A stretch of DNA of 64,000 nucleotides from IMG/VR virus record IMGVR_UViG_3300032516_005094; one strand, written 5' to 3'. Below, piece after piece: positions 8,501 to 18,978 of this stretch. Origin of the DNA: a virus. Under the pieces are notes generated by a model that saw only the letters and a program-made list of their open reading frames with translations, was not told the DNA's origin and searched no databases. A program made the translations under genes and the position numbers. Position 1 is the stretch's first letter. Every line of letters starts with the position of its first letter.

Positions 8501-10562
8501 CAGTAGTAGAGACAAATGTTAAAACCTTTTTTTCAGCAAGGCGAATAGTCATGCCTTCTGTTACATATGAGAAATCCACACACTGAATTGTACCAGTAGC
8601 ATCCGTGCTAGAAAATTTATTCCAAGTCTCACCAAATTCTCTATCTTGATCTATCTCAAGTGCTAAACGCTTAACTTGATTAGACGGGGTAGTAAGCGGA
8701 GGGTCCATCAGTACATTAAACATTTCTTGTACTAACGAAGCATCAGTCTCAGGTACTAGTTGAGATAACCGAGGCTCACGCTGATCTGTATTTTGTATGC
8801 TAGTGCCTATGCTTCTAGCATCTGTAATACGCCTTGCACCTAGACCATCCCAGAAAAAAGATGCAACATTTGCTAACTCTTGTATTTCGGGAGCCTCACT
8901 TAAATTCGCCCACAACGATAAAATAGCCTCGTCGCCAGAATTATCTGGAACATCAGTAGTATTAGTGATTCTAATCGAGTTTATTTTTGTATATTTATAT
9001 TTAGTAACTCTAAATTGTAAAGGCTGTTCTACTAAATCAGTAGCAGATTGGTCCATATACTGAGAAGCTGTAAAACTAATAATGTCTTCTACTATCCCCC
9101 CGTTTGTATCAACACCATTTATAATCAAATTTAAATTCAAATTTGAATTTGGTGCTCTTGTTAGACCAATACTCCAACTAACGGCAACACCATTTAAAGG
9201 AGATTGATTTATATCAATTGTAGTTTGTTGTAAAAGATCGGTTACTTTTAAAACAGGGACTAAATTTTGTGGTGAAGTAACTAACGTACCGTTTGTGGTA
9301 CAAAGTACATTATACGCTTTTTTTATAGGTCCGAGTAATGCACTTAAATTTAGCGTATCTGAAGTCAGAGCATCTAACGACTGACCACCTGTAACAATAA
9401 AATCAACACCGCTCGCAGGTTGAGTGACAGTAAAACTCTGTACCCCTTGATTCAAATCCTCTGCGGGAGGCATAAGCGCGGATACAGCAAAATATTCTAC
9501 AACTAAAGATGAGCCATAATTCAACGGCTTTTCTAGTGGTGCAAGGATTAAATATCTTGTCCCAGGCTTCCAGTAATAAGGAACTGGCTTCCATGGAGTA
9601 CCACTAAAATACAGTGATCCCATACGAGTTGGGACTTTAGCTAATTTTACATAGTAACGTCCGCCTAGCTGAGAAAGTTCTGCATCTTGGGTTATTTCAC
9701 CCGTCTTATCTATTTCGATACGACTTAGGCTGATCAATTCAGTACAAAAAGTACCTGGATATCCATAAGAACTAAAGTCTTTAGAATAAACTCCACCCTT
9801 AGATGATAATTGCTGATAAAGGGTGAAACCAGAACTCGATAAGTCCTGAATACTCAAAGCATGAGGGTTATTTTCTGTGAAGACACCTGATCCTAAATAA
9901 GATCTATGTGCTTCATCACGAAAACTAAACCAAGGACGATTGAAAGAAAAAGTAGTCTGAGTTTGATCTATTGCTAAACTAAGGTTACCCGTTGTAGCAT
10001 TTTCAAGAACAGAAACTACAGCAATTACAACAAGATTAGCTAGTCGGTCAGGTGTAAAAAGCGAAGCATTTGAATAATCCGTTAAAGTAACTACAGTAAC
10101 AGCCTGACTTAAAGTGGAATCTGCACCACCATAAGGTGTAGTAGAAGGACGCTCGTTTCTAACTTCAACGGACGTGCCAAACCTGTTAAGCCTAGTTTCT
10201 GCACTGGCGACAAGTTTATATTCTATACATACTATATAGACTGTATTAGCTATTACGCTCGGTAAAGGAACTGAAGTTAGGTTAGCGTCTAGAATGATAA
10301 CTTGATAATTTGGTGTTACAGCGTAACCCTTAGTTATATCAAGTGTCTGTGTATTAGCAGCATTGACGCTCACATTTAATGGTCTGCCAGTTGTGAAGGG
10401 ACCAACAGCCGGATTGGTTTTAGTATTGTCTACAATACCAGGAGTACTTCCAATCAAAAGTCTTGTATAAAATTCTTGACTGTAAATCTTATGTAGAAAA
10501 GACCACTCATTGTAACCTGGGTTACTGTCAAAATTTATTTGTGGTAAAAGTATTTCAGTCAT
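5541..10562 (-). CDS. Large tail/baseplate structural protein (1673 aa)
   Basis: Thr/Ser/Val-rich beta-type sequence with two copies of the HGL...TLP..L...YYV...GTGTH module. Confidence 0.65.
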   Translation of the reverse strand: MTEILLPQINFDSNPGYNEWSFLHKIYSQEFYTRLLIGSTPGIVDNTKTNPAVGPFTTGRPLNVSVNAANTQTLDITKGYAVTPNYQVIILDANLTSVPLPSVIANTVYIVCIEYKLVASAETRLNRFGTSVEVRNERPSTTPYGGADSTLSQAVTVVTLTDYSNASLFTPDRLANLVVIAVVSVLENATTGNLSLAIDQTQTTFSFNRPWFSFRDEAHRSYLGSGVFTENNPHALSIQDLSSSGFTLYQQLSSKGGVYSKDFSSYGYPGTFCTELISLSRIEIDKTGEITQDAELSQLGGRYYVKLAKVPTRMGSLYFSGTPWKPVPYYWKPGTRYLILAPLEKPLNYGSSLVVEYFAVSALMPPAEDLNQGVQSFTVTQPASGVDFIVTGGQSLDALTSDTLNLSALLGPIKKAYNVLCTTNGTLVTSPQNLVPVLKVTDLLQQTTIDINQSPLNGVAVSWSIGLTRAPNSNLNLNLIINGVDTNGGIVEDIISFTASQYMDQSATDLVEQPLQFRVTKYKYTKINSIRITNTTDVPDNSGDEAILSLWANLSEAPEIQELANVASFFWDGLGARRITDARSIGTSIQNTDQREPRLSQLVPETDASLVQEMFNVLMDPPLTTPSNQVKRLALEIDQDREFGETWNKFSSTDATGTIQCVDFSYVTEGMTIRLAEKKVLTFVSTTANANIGEVQIPVSSVTGNTEIRNNIAATVNNGTWDSSWKATAGDTNVSLTRPEAFPDGFTVCYRQKLVFNQDFTTSLATITFTIAGVSIGTVTAQGTHGGSMDAIVTAVNAITSQTGVTAVRVSSTRDYVMLNGNVIGEKFIVTLPQFSGAGLTTAVFSSPLEAFTITSPTNGYLPTPHLPNRFLSAEKKWTYVSRAIPWVNLSLKAVLGFNAVADIKNADQLQIATNKIIVARVSPTTTLGEFLVDPTSLLNTLTNIRDAINNPLWESGCYAEIHPSNTKLLITIGGYATAQLILLKESVASTWLLVDYTACGVDSVFNVVSNKWETKSTRGSTGYVKALYPLETAEWRYQVIKPAELVDTFIPADVILPDTVDSAISITDHGLVNGDPVYFQTTATLPSPLVVNQVYYVVSATSLQFKVSKTKGGDAIKLITTGTGTHSIYVNQPYGPNDWSPYYPMSQLSPTAYKLNGPTASSLYCVQLRLIGADSRANAFSLYQMTPEVANTTLAALATRLSALDDPTTGEVVVARGTTANLTARLSQVINPDGTPIQNVDLEDAKLSTIQPEVTSLKERLDVSDGLTYWLTGTADNYLKPTALGNLAIPDQIVSGPADTLGNSQFLYANANPKIVSVAGTSSDPLIVALNGNYYSFARSLDVDFTNLPSSATPYYIHCQIRNIAINFVPADITVNTERFNLSYSGLLVGDHVKFSTTDTLPAPLVAGTVYYVNGVDVAGFSVSTVPNGSSIDITDTGAGTHTITLVDQELGQIVLSGKTTQAISAGSSTIKSNTSLQPLINTMLASKIPLVLWMSSVNTATGRSFFSPIATVVDNNTMTIVGDVPDIIPVNTYFEIRSYRECYFTARTTQVRSRTSLPIGQCIWNGTSVSDIRNYRYQDNYISEIKGPYSASTGTYGTVTFDHNLGKIPSNFKLYYHSTSTGDSSPTLIENDALFSVSTTKILVTNRYANVIVKTFSGTNIQNNAYLQLVI

Positions 10563-10596
10563 TAGTAGTTCCTATCATTCACCGAGGCTATTTAAT

Positions 10597-12096
10597 CTAA
10601 AAATAAATATGACCAGAATTATATCTCGAAACCCCGTCCGAATATGTAGCTTTCAGGGGAGCTAAATTTAAAAATATTGGTTTAAGAGAAAACCCACCTG
10701 CCAACCAGCGATCTTTACCGTAAGCATCTTCAGCACCCAATATATAATAACTCAAAGAATTTACTACTGATCCATCATACTGCCAAGACTGCATAACAAC
10801 ATGGGAATTAGGTGATCCTTCTATAGCAACAATTATGCGATCAATAGGTTTATCCGATTTTAAAAGTTTAGGTCGAGCTAAGAAAAGCGTATTACTAGGG
10901 ACATGGAATATTTGTTTTTCTTGAGGCTCAAACTGTATTGAAATAACGCACTCTGCTTGCGCGTAAAAAGGTATAACCCAGCTATGTTGTTTGTCGGCAT
11001 TCCATTTAGGAACTAGTAAGTCACTTGACATTATGAAACGACCATCAACATCTAACTCTGCTTGAAATGTCCCATTTTTACGATACTGAAAAAAACCTTG
11101 TATCCGCTGCCACAGTAAAAATGTATCAGCACTTATAGAACGCTCTAACATTTGATGGTTAGGTGCTACCACCTGCCAATCATTACCGTTTAATTGATTG
11201 CCAAAACTATCATAAGTTTTAAGCCCTAAAACCGTCTTGACTTTTTTTTGATATAATAAACCACCATAAAATGCATCGACTAAACAAGGTCCAATATCAT
11301 TTGGTACAGATATATCGCCGTCAGGGTAATTTAACCTTTTAAATAAAGGTTGGGCTTTTAAAAAAGAGATTAAACCGACACTTGGATTAAAAGATATAAG
11401 TGTACTTTGATTAGATAATTCGATCTGATACTGATATAAGATATCTGGTTCTGTACCACTACCCACTCTCGTAGTTAAAAGTGTCGCTGTTTTAACAGGA
11501 TATTCACTAAAGCTATCTAAAATATCAGGGGTAGGCGTACATAAGATAATATCTCCTGGCACCACCTCATAATAAGATTCCATGAGTAAATATTTACGAG
11601 TAAACGGTGAAGCAGATACTCCGAAAAATTTCATCGGAGTACCTATAAGAGAAACGTAGATATTATCTGTAGTGATATAGTCTTGTAGTAGAGGGTTTCT
11701 AACATCTAAACTAGTAGTGCTTACTAAATCATTTATGATGTTTAACTCACCTACACGCTCCGAAGTACCTATTCTAATAAGACACTCTAAATCATACCAC
11801 TTAGGTCTATCAGAAAGTGTAAGACGATAAGTATCTTTTTGAGCATTACTTGTTAAAAGGAATTTATTGTCAGGATTTACCGCTGTAAAATTAAAGCCAT
11901 AAGTTTTACCAAATCTTAAAGAACCTTGAAGTAATTGAGGATCAATAAAACGCGGACGCGAACGCACCTGCATCTTTAAGTTAGAATAGGTGTTAAGCGT
12001 ACCGGCTACAACATTTTCGATGTCTCTTAAGCGACCGATGGTAGACCTCACAAAATATGAGACACTAAATCTTAACCATAGTATATCAGAATACAC
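10597..12096 (-). CDS. Probable virion structural protein (499 aa)
   Basis: Long ORF (GTG start) heading the structural operon; no recognisable enzyme motif. Confidence 0.5.
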   Translation of the reverse strand: MYSDILWLRFSVSYFVRSTIGRLRDIENVVAGTLNTYSNLKMQVRSRPRFIDPQLLQGSLRFGKTYGFNFTAVNPDNKFLLTSNAQKDTYRLTLSDRPKWYDLECLIRIGTSERVGELNIINDLVSTTSLDVRNPLLQDYITTDNIYVSLIGTPMKFFGVSASPFTRKYLLMESYYEVVPGDIILCTPTPDILDSFSEYPVKTATLLTTRVGSGTEPDILYQYQIELSNQSTLISFNPSVGLISFLKAQPLFKRLNYPDGDISVPNDIGPCLVDAFYGGLLYQKKVKTVLGLKTYDSFGNQLNGNDWQVVAPNHQMLERSISADTFLLWQRIQGFFQYRKNGTFQAELDVDGRFIMSSDLLVPKWNADKQHSWVIPFYAQAECVISIQFEPQEKQIFHVPSNTLFLARPKLLKSDKPIDRIIVAIEGSPNSHVVMQSWQYDGSVVNSLSYYILGAEDAYGKDRWLAGGFSLKPIFLNLAPLKATYSDGVSRYNSGHIYF

Positions 12097-12241
12097 GTCA
12101 CTTAGTTAGCCATCAGCAATGATGCCAGAGGGTTTCTGGTAAGTGACACCAAGTATACCGAATACTTATATGGGGATAGTCTAGGCTAGTACCCTTAGCT
12201 ACGCTATAGATTATAAATAATAACTACTATTTGAGGTTTAA

Positions 12242-12586
12242 ATGAAATTTTTACATAAAGTTACAAGTCAATATGTTTTAGCCAAACCAGAAGCATCCGA
12301 AAAGATCTATTGGGGAAAGATATATCTTGATTATGATGTGAACATCTTGAAAAAGCACTTAGATGACATCATGACCGGCAAAGCCACAGAGCAATGGTAT
12401 TTTTCGGCTGCTTCAAAACTTGAAAAAGCTCTTGCTGGAGGCAAAGTTATTGAATTTTACCTAGATTCACCGACTGCCTTCGGCGGTATTCTTTATGCAA
12501 AAATTGAGGATAAAGTTATTCAAATTTCTAAAAAGAAACTTCGCATTAACGATGCTAAATTTTTATTAGATAGAATCCATCGCTGA
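12242..12586 (+). CDS. Leader-tagged hypothetical protein
   Basis: Starts MKFLHKVTSQYVLA. The first 24 nt are identical to the start of 31879-32397. Confidence 0.75.
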   Translation: MKFLHKVTSQYVLAKPEASEKIYWGKIYLDYDVNILKKHLDDIMTGKATEQWYFSAASKLEKALAGGKVIEFYLDSPTAFGGILYAKIEDKVIQISKKKLRINDAKFLLDRIHR

Positions 12587-12614
12587 ACCGCCACACGAGA
12601 ACAAAAACAAGTAT

Positions 12615-12875
12615 ATGATGAAATTTTTAAGTAAAATAATTGCACTACCAATTTCGACTGATCTTAAAGATCAATTAGATCCGAACAGCTTAGAAGTCGT
12701 CGAAGCGGAATTAAAAAGATTACAGTCTGAAGTGGCAGGTAAACTGTCGAGGCTGGAAAGCGTTTTAAAAAACGAACTTACCAAATCAGGCAGCTTAAAT
12801 AAGCTAGAATTATTTAAGAAAAACATACGGCTAGGTTTAGCTAAATGGCTTTATATGACCAGTATTAAAAAATAA
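12615..12875 (+). CDS. Leader-tagged hypothetical protein
   Basis: Starts (M)MKFLSKIIA. Confidence 0.65.
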   Translation: MMKFLSKIIALPISTDLKDQLDPNSLEVVEAELKRLQSEVAGKLSRLESVLKNELTKSGSLNKLELFKKNIRLGLAKWLYMTSIKK

Positions 12876-12886
12876 ACAGGTAAATA

Positions 12887-13189
12887 GTGCAAATTTTTAA
12901 ATTTATTTTTATTTTTTTTAGTGGTACTGCTTTTGCAGAAATTTTCTATTTAGATCGAGTAGAGATCAATTTATCTAAAATCAATAGTTTTTATAGTAAG
13001 TCCTGTAGTAACATAGCAGAGGTACAAGGATTTACTGAAAAACCTTTACGTTATAAAGTCTCTCTCGACTGTATTAATAGTAAAAATAGATCTATTGGGG
13101 AAAGTTTGTGGATAGATCCTAAAGATATATTACAGGTCTTAGAAAAAGAAGGCGCTAAAAGACAAACAGTGAAGCTGTTTTGCATTTAA
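12887..13189 (+). CDS. Small exported protein
   Basis: Signal-peptide-like N-terminus ending in AFA. Confidence 0.55.
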   Translation: MQIFKFIFIFFSGTAFAEIFYLDRVEINLSKINSFYSKSCSNIAEVQGFTEKPLRYKVSLDCINSKNRSIGESLWIDPKDILQVLEKEGAKRQTVKLFCI

Positions 13190-13226
13190 GGTTAAATACA
13201 TATTGAATTTAAATTAGGAGTGTTAA

Positions 13227-14108
13227 ATGTTTTTAAAAAAAGTATCTCAAAAATATAAAATATTAGCAGAAGATAAAAATCCTATAGAGAGAAGTCTGAC
13301 TTTATCTCTAACTCTTAGAGAGGCGGCTATTGCACTAGGTCACAAAGATTGGTTGTCGGTTAATGACTATTTGGATGGGGATTCTCACGATGATGTATAT
13401 CATGGGGGTATATCCGATGTTCAAGATGTTAGCGTGCCTGGTATGGCAGATGTCGAAAAAATATTCCCAAGTGAAGTAGCTAGTGCTCTTGAGGATGCAG
13501 AGAGGGAAGCCTATGCTTCTGCTCTAGGATCTGCGCGTAGAGATGCTTTAGTCGAGGGCTTTGAGAAGATACACGTTACAGGTGAGTATCAAAGTAGCGA
13601 CGGTGACATGATTTCGGCTGGTGGTGCCGGAGTTGAGTCTGCAACGTTAGGGGATGAAAAAATCGAACTCGTGATTAAAAATCCCGAACACCTGATAAAT
13701 GATATTGTAAACGGTGTCGGAAGGTGGGCACCACCTTTTGATCCTTACGAAAAAGCAAGTGATGAAGAAATAAAAAAACAACTGATAAATCATGCTGATG
13801 ATTATTTTGACGTATACGGCAGAAGAAAGCCAGATGTTCCTGATAGAATTTCTCCAGATAATGTAGACGAGGAACATTTTGCTTCAACAGTAGCTGAGTT
13901 ATGCGAGAATCTAAGCTTAGAGGAAATTGTAGACAATGTATTAGATGCTTTAGATAGTGGAAGGCTAGATTCTCAAAAAGAAGTTATTGATCTGGCAGCT
14001 AAATACTCAGGTAGTCCGCGTGATCAAATTAAAAAAAGTGTCTTAGATCATTTGAATGACAAATCTAAAAAATTTAGTGAAGCATCAGCAAAAGGGCTTA
14101 AAGTATAA
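13227..14108 (+). CDS. Leader-tagged acidic protein
   Basis: Starts MFLKKVSQKYKILAE; AGGAG RBS. Confidence 0.8.
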   Translation: MFLKKVSQKYKILAEDKNPIERSLTLSLTLREAAIALGHKDWLSVNDYLDGDSHDDVYHGGISDVQDVSVPGMADVEKIFPSEVASALEDAEREAYASALGSARRDALVEGFEKIHVTGEYQSSDGDMISAGGAGVESATLGDEKIELVIKNPEHLINDIVNGVGRWAPPFDPYEKASDEEIKKQLINHADDYFDVYGRRKPDVPDRISPDNVDEEHFASTVAELCENLSLEEIVDNVLDALDSGRLDSQKEVIDLAAKYSGSPRDQIKKSVLDHLNDKSKKFSEASAKGLKV

Positions 14109-14251
14109 TGACGTTCCCAGATTTCGGCAAAGGGATTCTTGTTTTGATATTGACCGGATGGGCATTTGCTCCGTTCGGTATATGGAAAATTGGCGAGATA
14201 CTTATTTGGTTTGTGTATTCTCACGTATCGGCATCTTACCAGAAAACTTGA
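14108..14251 (+). CDS. 47-aa membrane protein (not in the ORF track)
   Basis: TAATG overlap with the upstream stop; MTFPDFGKGILVLILTGWAFAPFGIWKIGEILIWFVYSHVSASYQKT. Confidence 0.6.
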   Translation: MTFPDFGKGILVLILTGWAFAPFGIWKIGEILIWFVYSHVSASYQKT

Positions 14252-14396
14252 GCCTTCATGTGTAACGGATACCTTTCAAATAGATCTTATCCAGGTGGGC
14301 TAGACTGTAGAACACCAAAAATTTGAAACCGGATTTGTATCTGGTATTTCAAACTTACAACCGTATTCAGCCATAATCATAGCCCATGCCGAGAAT

Positions 14397-14834
14397 CTAC
14401 CCTACTTTATTGAATAAACGAGACGCGGTGCTGTTCATTTCAGCGTGAGCTATAAAATCAGACTTTTTTGATTTTTTATTTGCAAGTATAGCCTCTCCGT
14501 ATTCGATAGCCTTTAGTCCAGCCTCAATTGCGGATTTATAACGAGGGTCGTCCGAGAATTTTTCTATTGCATATTTTTGACTTTGGACGAGGCGTTTTGT
14601 ACGTTCAATCAAAGCACTCAGAGGCTTTTTCATATCTGGGTGATCGGGTTTTGTGGGCTGCTGCTTGTTTGGTTTAAGCCAGTTTTGATATGCTAGTTGA
14701 GCTTGCTCGATTTCATTAGCCGACAAAAGTCCGATGCTCTTATTCAAAACATCATCACAAAAATCTTCAAAAGACATTTTAGCTGCACAAATCTTTGTGG
14801 TTGCCGCTGAAATATAGGATTGTAAAAATTTCAT
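14397..14834 (-). CDS. Leader-tagged hypothetical protein
   Basis: Starts MKFLQSYISA; GAGG RBS. Confidence 0.7.
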   Translation of the reverse strand: MKFLQSYISAATTKICAAKMSFEDFCDDVLNKSIGLLSANEIEQAQLAYQNWLKPNKQQPTKPDHPDMKKPLSALIERTKRLVQSQKYAIEKFSDDPRYKSAIEAGLKAIEYGEAILANKKSKKSDFIAHAEMNSTASRLFNKVG

Positions 14835-14932
14835 AATTTACCTCAGTAAAAGTTACACAATAAATCTTAGATTAACTAAAATAACTGGGGTTTAAAGCTG
14901 CTGTCTATTATTTTGAACAAAAAAGGGCAATT

Positions 14933-16987
14933 ATGGTTGATTTTATAGACAAAGGTATTTTAGTCGAGAGTGTAAAAAGTATTACAACATCAGCTAGTAC
15001 CTATGTGCTTACAGCTTCTGAGACTAGTATTTTACGTTTTACAGGCACGGTAGCGCAAACGGTTAAGCTTCCAAATGCTACTTCATGTTTAAACGGTCAT
15101 TACTTTTATATTCTTAATCGCTCCACAGAGGCTATAAGTCTCATATTGAATAGTAATGCATCGTTGACCTCCCTCGGAGTAGGCGCAGCAGTTACAGTAC
15201 GGCTTTTTGATAATACTACATCAGACGGTACTTGGGATAAAGCGTCCAGCCAGGGTACTGGTATAAGCCTACAAGAGGCTTATGATGCAGGTAATGTTAT
15301 TACTACTAGCTCAGGTACGGATGTTGTTATTGAGGGAACGGAATCTCTAAAAATTACCACAACGGGTGGTCTGGAAATAAACGACGTACCTATCATTAGT
15401 GATGGTAATCTTATTATAAAAACTACTGGTAGCCACGCTTTTGTCGTACAGCCGTCTTATTTATCTGGTACAAAAAACCCAGGACCATATTCAATTGATA
15501 TGCAGCTTTTAGTAGACAATGATTTAACTAAAACAGCTTCTGGTTATGCCTCGACAACTATCGGCGGTGCAAGAAATACAGCAGCAGGTGACTACTCTAT
15601 AGCTATAGGCGGTTTAGATAACGCGGTGTATGGCGATTATTCAGCACAGGTTGGTGCTACTAACAGCATAGTTAGCGGCGATTATTCAGCCGTGGTCGCT
15701 GGAACTGACAACATATGTAATGGTGACTATTCTTTTGTAGGTGGGGGATTTGGTAATCATCTTAACGGAAACCGTAGTGCAATTATAAATGCCTCATCTA
15801 GTTCAATAAGTTACGGTGTACTAGATTCTGCCATCGTTGCTGGTCGGGACCATACTATTACATCCGGTGAATGCTCTGTAATTATAGGAGGCACCAATAA
15901 TACAATAGCGGGCGATAGAGCAGTGGTATTGGGTGGTCAGTATAATAAGGCAAACTATTCAGCATCAGTCGTGGGTGGAATGGGAGCTTACGATTTAGCT
16001 CCAGGTGATTTTGTTTTAGGTAATGATTTTTTTGCAGCATCAACACCAATCGATGGAAAAGGCAATTTTTTTAGAGTAGCTGTGGAATCAGGGGATGTCC
16101 ATATAGGACGAAGCGAAGATCAAAATCCCGTATATGAATTAAATGATGTAACTATTATTCGTGATGATTATAACAAGGCTGCTGTGGAGTATAGTGGTTA
16201 CCCAAACCTTAATATTCCTAATTATTCAGCCGTTTATCTTACTACGACCGGCACACTTCCAGGGGGATTAACTCCAAATCAAACATATTATTTAGCATAC
16301 ACCAACGGGGGCGGTGGTTCTTTATTCTCAGATAGGGCTGCGACGGCAGTAACTATTACATCTCTTGGTTCAGGAACCCATAAACTTCATATTTTAACTC
16401 CCTCAAATAAATTACATTTGCATACGTCTAATTATAACAATGAAAGTAAATCAGTATCGCTGCAGGCACCTACTAATTTAACAAGTTCAGTTAATTTGGT
16501 GCTGCCAGGAAATATAGGCTCTGCAGGTCAGGTGCTTACTACGGATGGCTCCGGTAATTTAAGTTGGCAAAGTAATAAAAATATACTTGTTTATAATAAT
16601 ACAGAAATCAGCGGAACTGCTACTGGCGTTTTATTCACTTACACAATACCGGCAAATACTATTAAAAATGGGGATGTAATAGAAATAAGCGGTTACGGCA
16701 CGTCTTTGCCTTCGTCCGGTATATTCGCTGTATTTGCACAAATTGAAGGTCGGAAGCTCACCGACGCCTTAACGGATTCTACTACTCCTTGGACTTTTCC
16801 CGTAAAAAAATATGTATACGATGAGGCAGGTTCTAATCTTAAGTCTTTATCTGGTGGACCTTATTTAAGTGTTTTTTTTGACACTACGCAAGAGAACATT
16901 TTTAGAATTTATATGGATATAGATTCTGGATCGCCCTCGTATGAAGTCATACTTCAAACAACTGCCCTACTGCACTTCAAAAACTAG
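14933..16987 (+). CDS. Tail fibre/adhesin-like protein
   Basis: GGxxNxxxG repeats, one TLP/YY/GTH module, and the SLQAP...QVLTTDGSGNLSW fibre motif. Confidence 0.75.
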   Translation: MVDFIDKGILVESVKSITTSASTYVLTASETSILRFTGTVAQTVKLPNATSCLNGHYFYILNRSTEAISLILNSNASLTSLGVGAAVTVRLFDNTTSDGTWDKASSQGTGISLQEAYDAGNVITTSSGTDVVIEGTESLKITTTGGLEINDVPIISDGNLIIKTTGSHAFVVQPSYLSGTKNPGPYSIDMQLLVDNDLTKTASGYASTTIGGARNTAAGDYSIAIGGLDNAVYGDYSAQVGATNSIVSGDYSAVVAGTDNICNGDYSFVGGGFGNHLNGNRSAIINASSSSISYGVLDSAIVAGRDHTITSGECSVIIGGTNNTIAGDRAVVLGGQYNKANYSASVVGGMGAYDLAPGDFVLGNDFFAASTPIDGKGNFFRVAVESGDVHIGRSEDQNPVYELNDVTIIRDDYNKAAVEYSGYPNLNIPNYSAVYLTTTGTLPGGLTPNQTYYLAYTNGGGGSLFSDRAATAVTITSLGSGTHKLHILTPSNKLHLHTSNYNNESKSVSLQAPTNLTSSVNLVLPGNIGSAGQVLTTDGSGNLSWQSNKNILVYNNTEISGTATGVLFTYTIPANTIKNGDVIEISGYGTSLPSSGIFAVFAQIEGRKLTDALTDSTTPWTFPVKKYVYDEAGSNLKSLSGGPYLSVFFDTTQENIFRIYMDIDSGSPSYEVILQTTALLHFKN

Positions 16988-16995
16988 AGGTAAAT

Positions 16996-18978
16996 TTGAC
17001 TTTAGATATTTTATCAACTGGAGCACTTATTGAAGGGGTTAATGTTTTAACCACTTCTGCCTCAAATGTAATTTTAGACGCTAGTAGCTCTAGTTTCATA
17101 AAATTTGTTGGATCTGAAAGTCAAACAGTAGTGTTGCCTAACGCTCAAACTTGTTTAAATGGTCATCATTTTTTTATTATAAATAAATCCAGTCTAGAAA
17201 TTAATATCTTATATGAAGACAATAGTAGCTTTATATCTATAAGTCCTAACAAATACCAAAATATACGTTTATTTGATAATGCGACTTCTAACGGTGTTTG
17301 GGAAGACAGTCTATTTGGCTCTATAACAGGTGACCTTCAAGCCTGTTACGATTTAGGTAATACAATTATAACTGAGACAGGTAAAAGCGTTGAGATAACA
17401 GGTACTGGAAAATTGCAAGTAACCGGAAGTATTTTTACAGACTTCATTAAAGCATCAGGGAATTTACTTTTTAAGTTAGGTGGGAATAATTGTTTTGTTC
17501 TCGATTCTGTTGGAAGCCCTACTGAGAATATTACTCGTTACAATAACAGTGGAATAGAACTACAAACGCTTAAAGCTTCTTCTGCTCAAATTGGTTCTGG
17601 TACGCTTGGGACTATTTTAGGAGGCGCTAACAATTCGGGTGGTACTGTATTAGGTGGTAAAGACAATACAACAAGTGGTTACACAAACAGTATAATAGCG
17701 GGTTCTGAAAACTACTCATATGTTGGTTATTCAAGTATAATAGGTGGTTATAAAAATATTATAATCGGTTATAATATCATATTAGGAGGCGCGGAAAACA
17801 CAGGGGGTTCCGCTGGTGGTTATAATAACATTTTTTCAACCACTCTTGGGTCTTTTATTTTAGGTGGTCGTAATTTATTTTTTGGAGGCGTTAATTCAGT
17901 TATAGTAGGTGGTGCTGTTGACTATAATTTTTATTCTTTTTATTCGGATAGATGCGTGATTCTTGGTGGCTCCACGAACGCTCAACTTTCTGATAACTCT
18001 ATTGTCTGTGGTTTTGTGGGTATAGATACCACTAGCTGTGATTTTGGTATAGGTAATAATTATTTTCTATCTGACGGGTTTAGTGATAATGGCTATTCCC
18101 TTGGCTTTTTAGCTAAATCAGATACATGCAGTATGCATGTTGGAAATCAACAAAGCTATCTAAGATATTACGCTGCCTACTATATGTACGACTCTGAGGG
18201 AGTGTACGTTCCCGTACCTAGAGCAGGTACTCTATTTGGAAATCTAATTACAAATAATAATAATATATTTAATGGTCTTAAAGTTAAGTTACCTGATCTT
18301 TATTCAGATCAAATTTTTTATGTCGTGAACCGTACTACTGACGACTATCAGCTATCGCTGACTAAAAATGGGACCGCTATATCGCTCGATGAAGAATTCG
18401 GGAACACTACCTTCGAAATTGTCCAAGATAATAGATTGTACCTTCATACTACTAATACCAGTAATCAATCTGCTGCCGTATCTTTATCTGCTCCGACCGG
18501 TTTAACAGATGATGTGAACTATATTCTACCCGATTCTGTAGGAGCTAAAAATTTATTTTTAGCCACTGACGGCATTGAAAATTTAGACTGGCAGTATAAA
18601 GGGTTTACATCTACGACAAGTGTGCCTAGTACAGGTGATTTAATCACTAATACCTTATTCGCTAATACTTTGAACGATGGGGATGTGATTGAAATTTGTG
18701 GGTATGGTACTAACGCAGGTGCTGATAATATAACCGTAGTCGTTAAAATAGGAAGTAACGTAATTTACTCCCTTACTACTTCGGATACCGATTGGGTTTT
18801 ACCGACGATAAGGTTTATATATTCCTCGGTAGACACTAAATTGAAGACACTTATATACCAGTCTGGTGTGGAGAATATAAATTTCGACCGCACAATACCT
18901 AACGAAATAAAAATAACCCAATCGACGGCATTTAATATTACACTAGAGAATATTTTCTTTAATGTTTTGAGGTCTTGA
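16996..18978 (+). CDS. Tail fibre/adhesin-like protein, paralogue of 14933-16987
   Basis: Same domain order (LPNA.TCLNGH.F.I.N.S, LQ..YD.GN.I.T, GG..N repeats, SL.APT...TDG..NL.W). Confidence 0.75.
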   Translation: MTLDILSTGALIEGVNVLTTSASNVILDASSSSFIKFVGSESQTVVLPNAQTCLNGHHFFIINKSSLEINILYEDNSSFISISPNKYQNIRLFDNATSNGVWEDSLFGSITGDLQACYDLGNTIITETGKSVEITGTGKLQVTGSIFTDFIKASGNLLFKLGGNNCFVLDSVGSPTENITRYNNSGIELQTLKASSAQIGSGTLGTILGGANNSGGTVLGGKDNTTSGYTNSIIAGSENYSYVGYSSIIGGYKNIIIGYNIILGGAENTGGSAGGYNNIFSTTLGSFILGGRNLFFGGVNSVIVGGAVDYNFYSFYSDRCVILGGSTNAQLSDNSIVCGFVGIDTTSCDFGIGNNYFLSDGFSDNGYSLGFLAKSDTCSMHVGNQQSYLRYYAAYYMYDSEGVYVPVPRAGTLFGNLITNNNNIFNGLKVKLPDLYSDQIFYVVNRTTDDYQLSLTKNGTAISLDEEFGNTTFEIVQDNRLYLHTTNTSNQSAAVSLSAPTGLTDDVNYILPDSVGAKNLFLATDGIENLDWQYKGFTSTTSVPSTGDLITNTLFANTLNDGDVIEICGYGTNAGADNITVVVKIGSNVIYSLTTSDTDWVLPTIRFIYSSVDTKLKTLIYQSGVENINFDRTIPNEIKITQSTAFNITLENIFFNVLRS

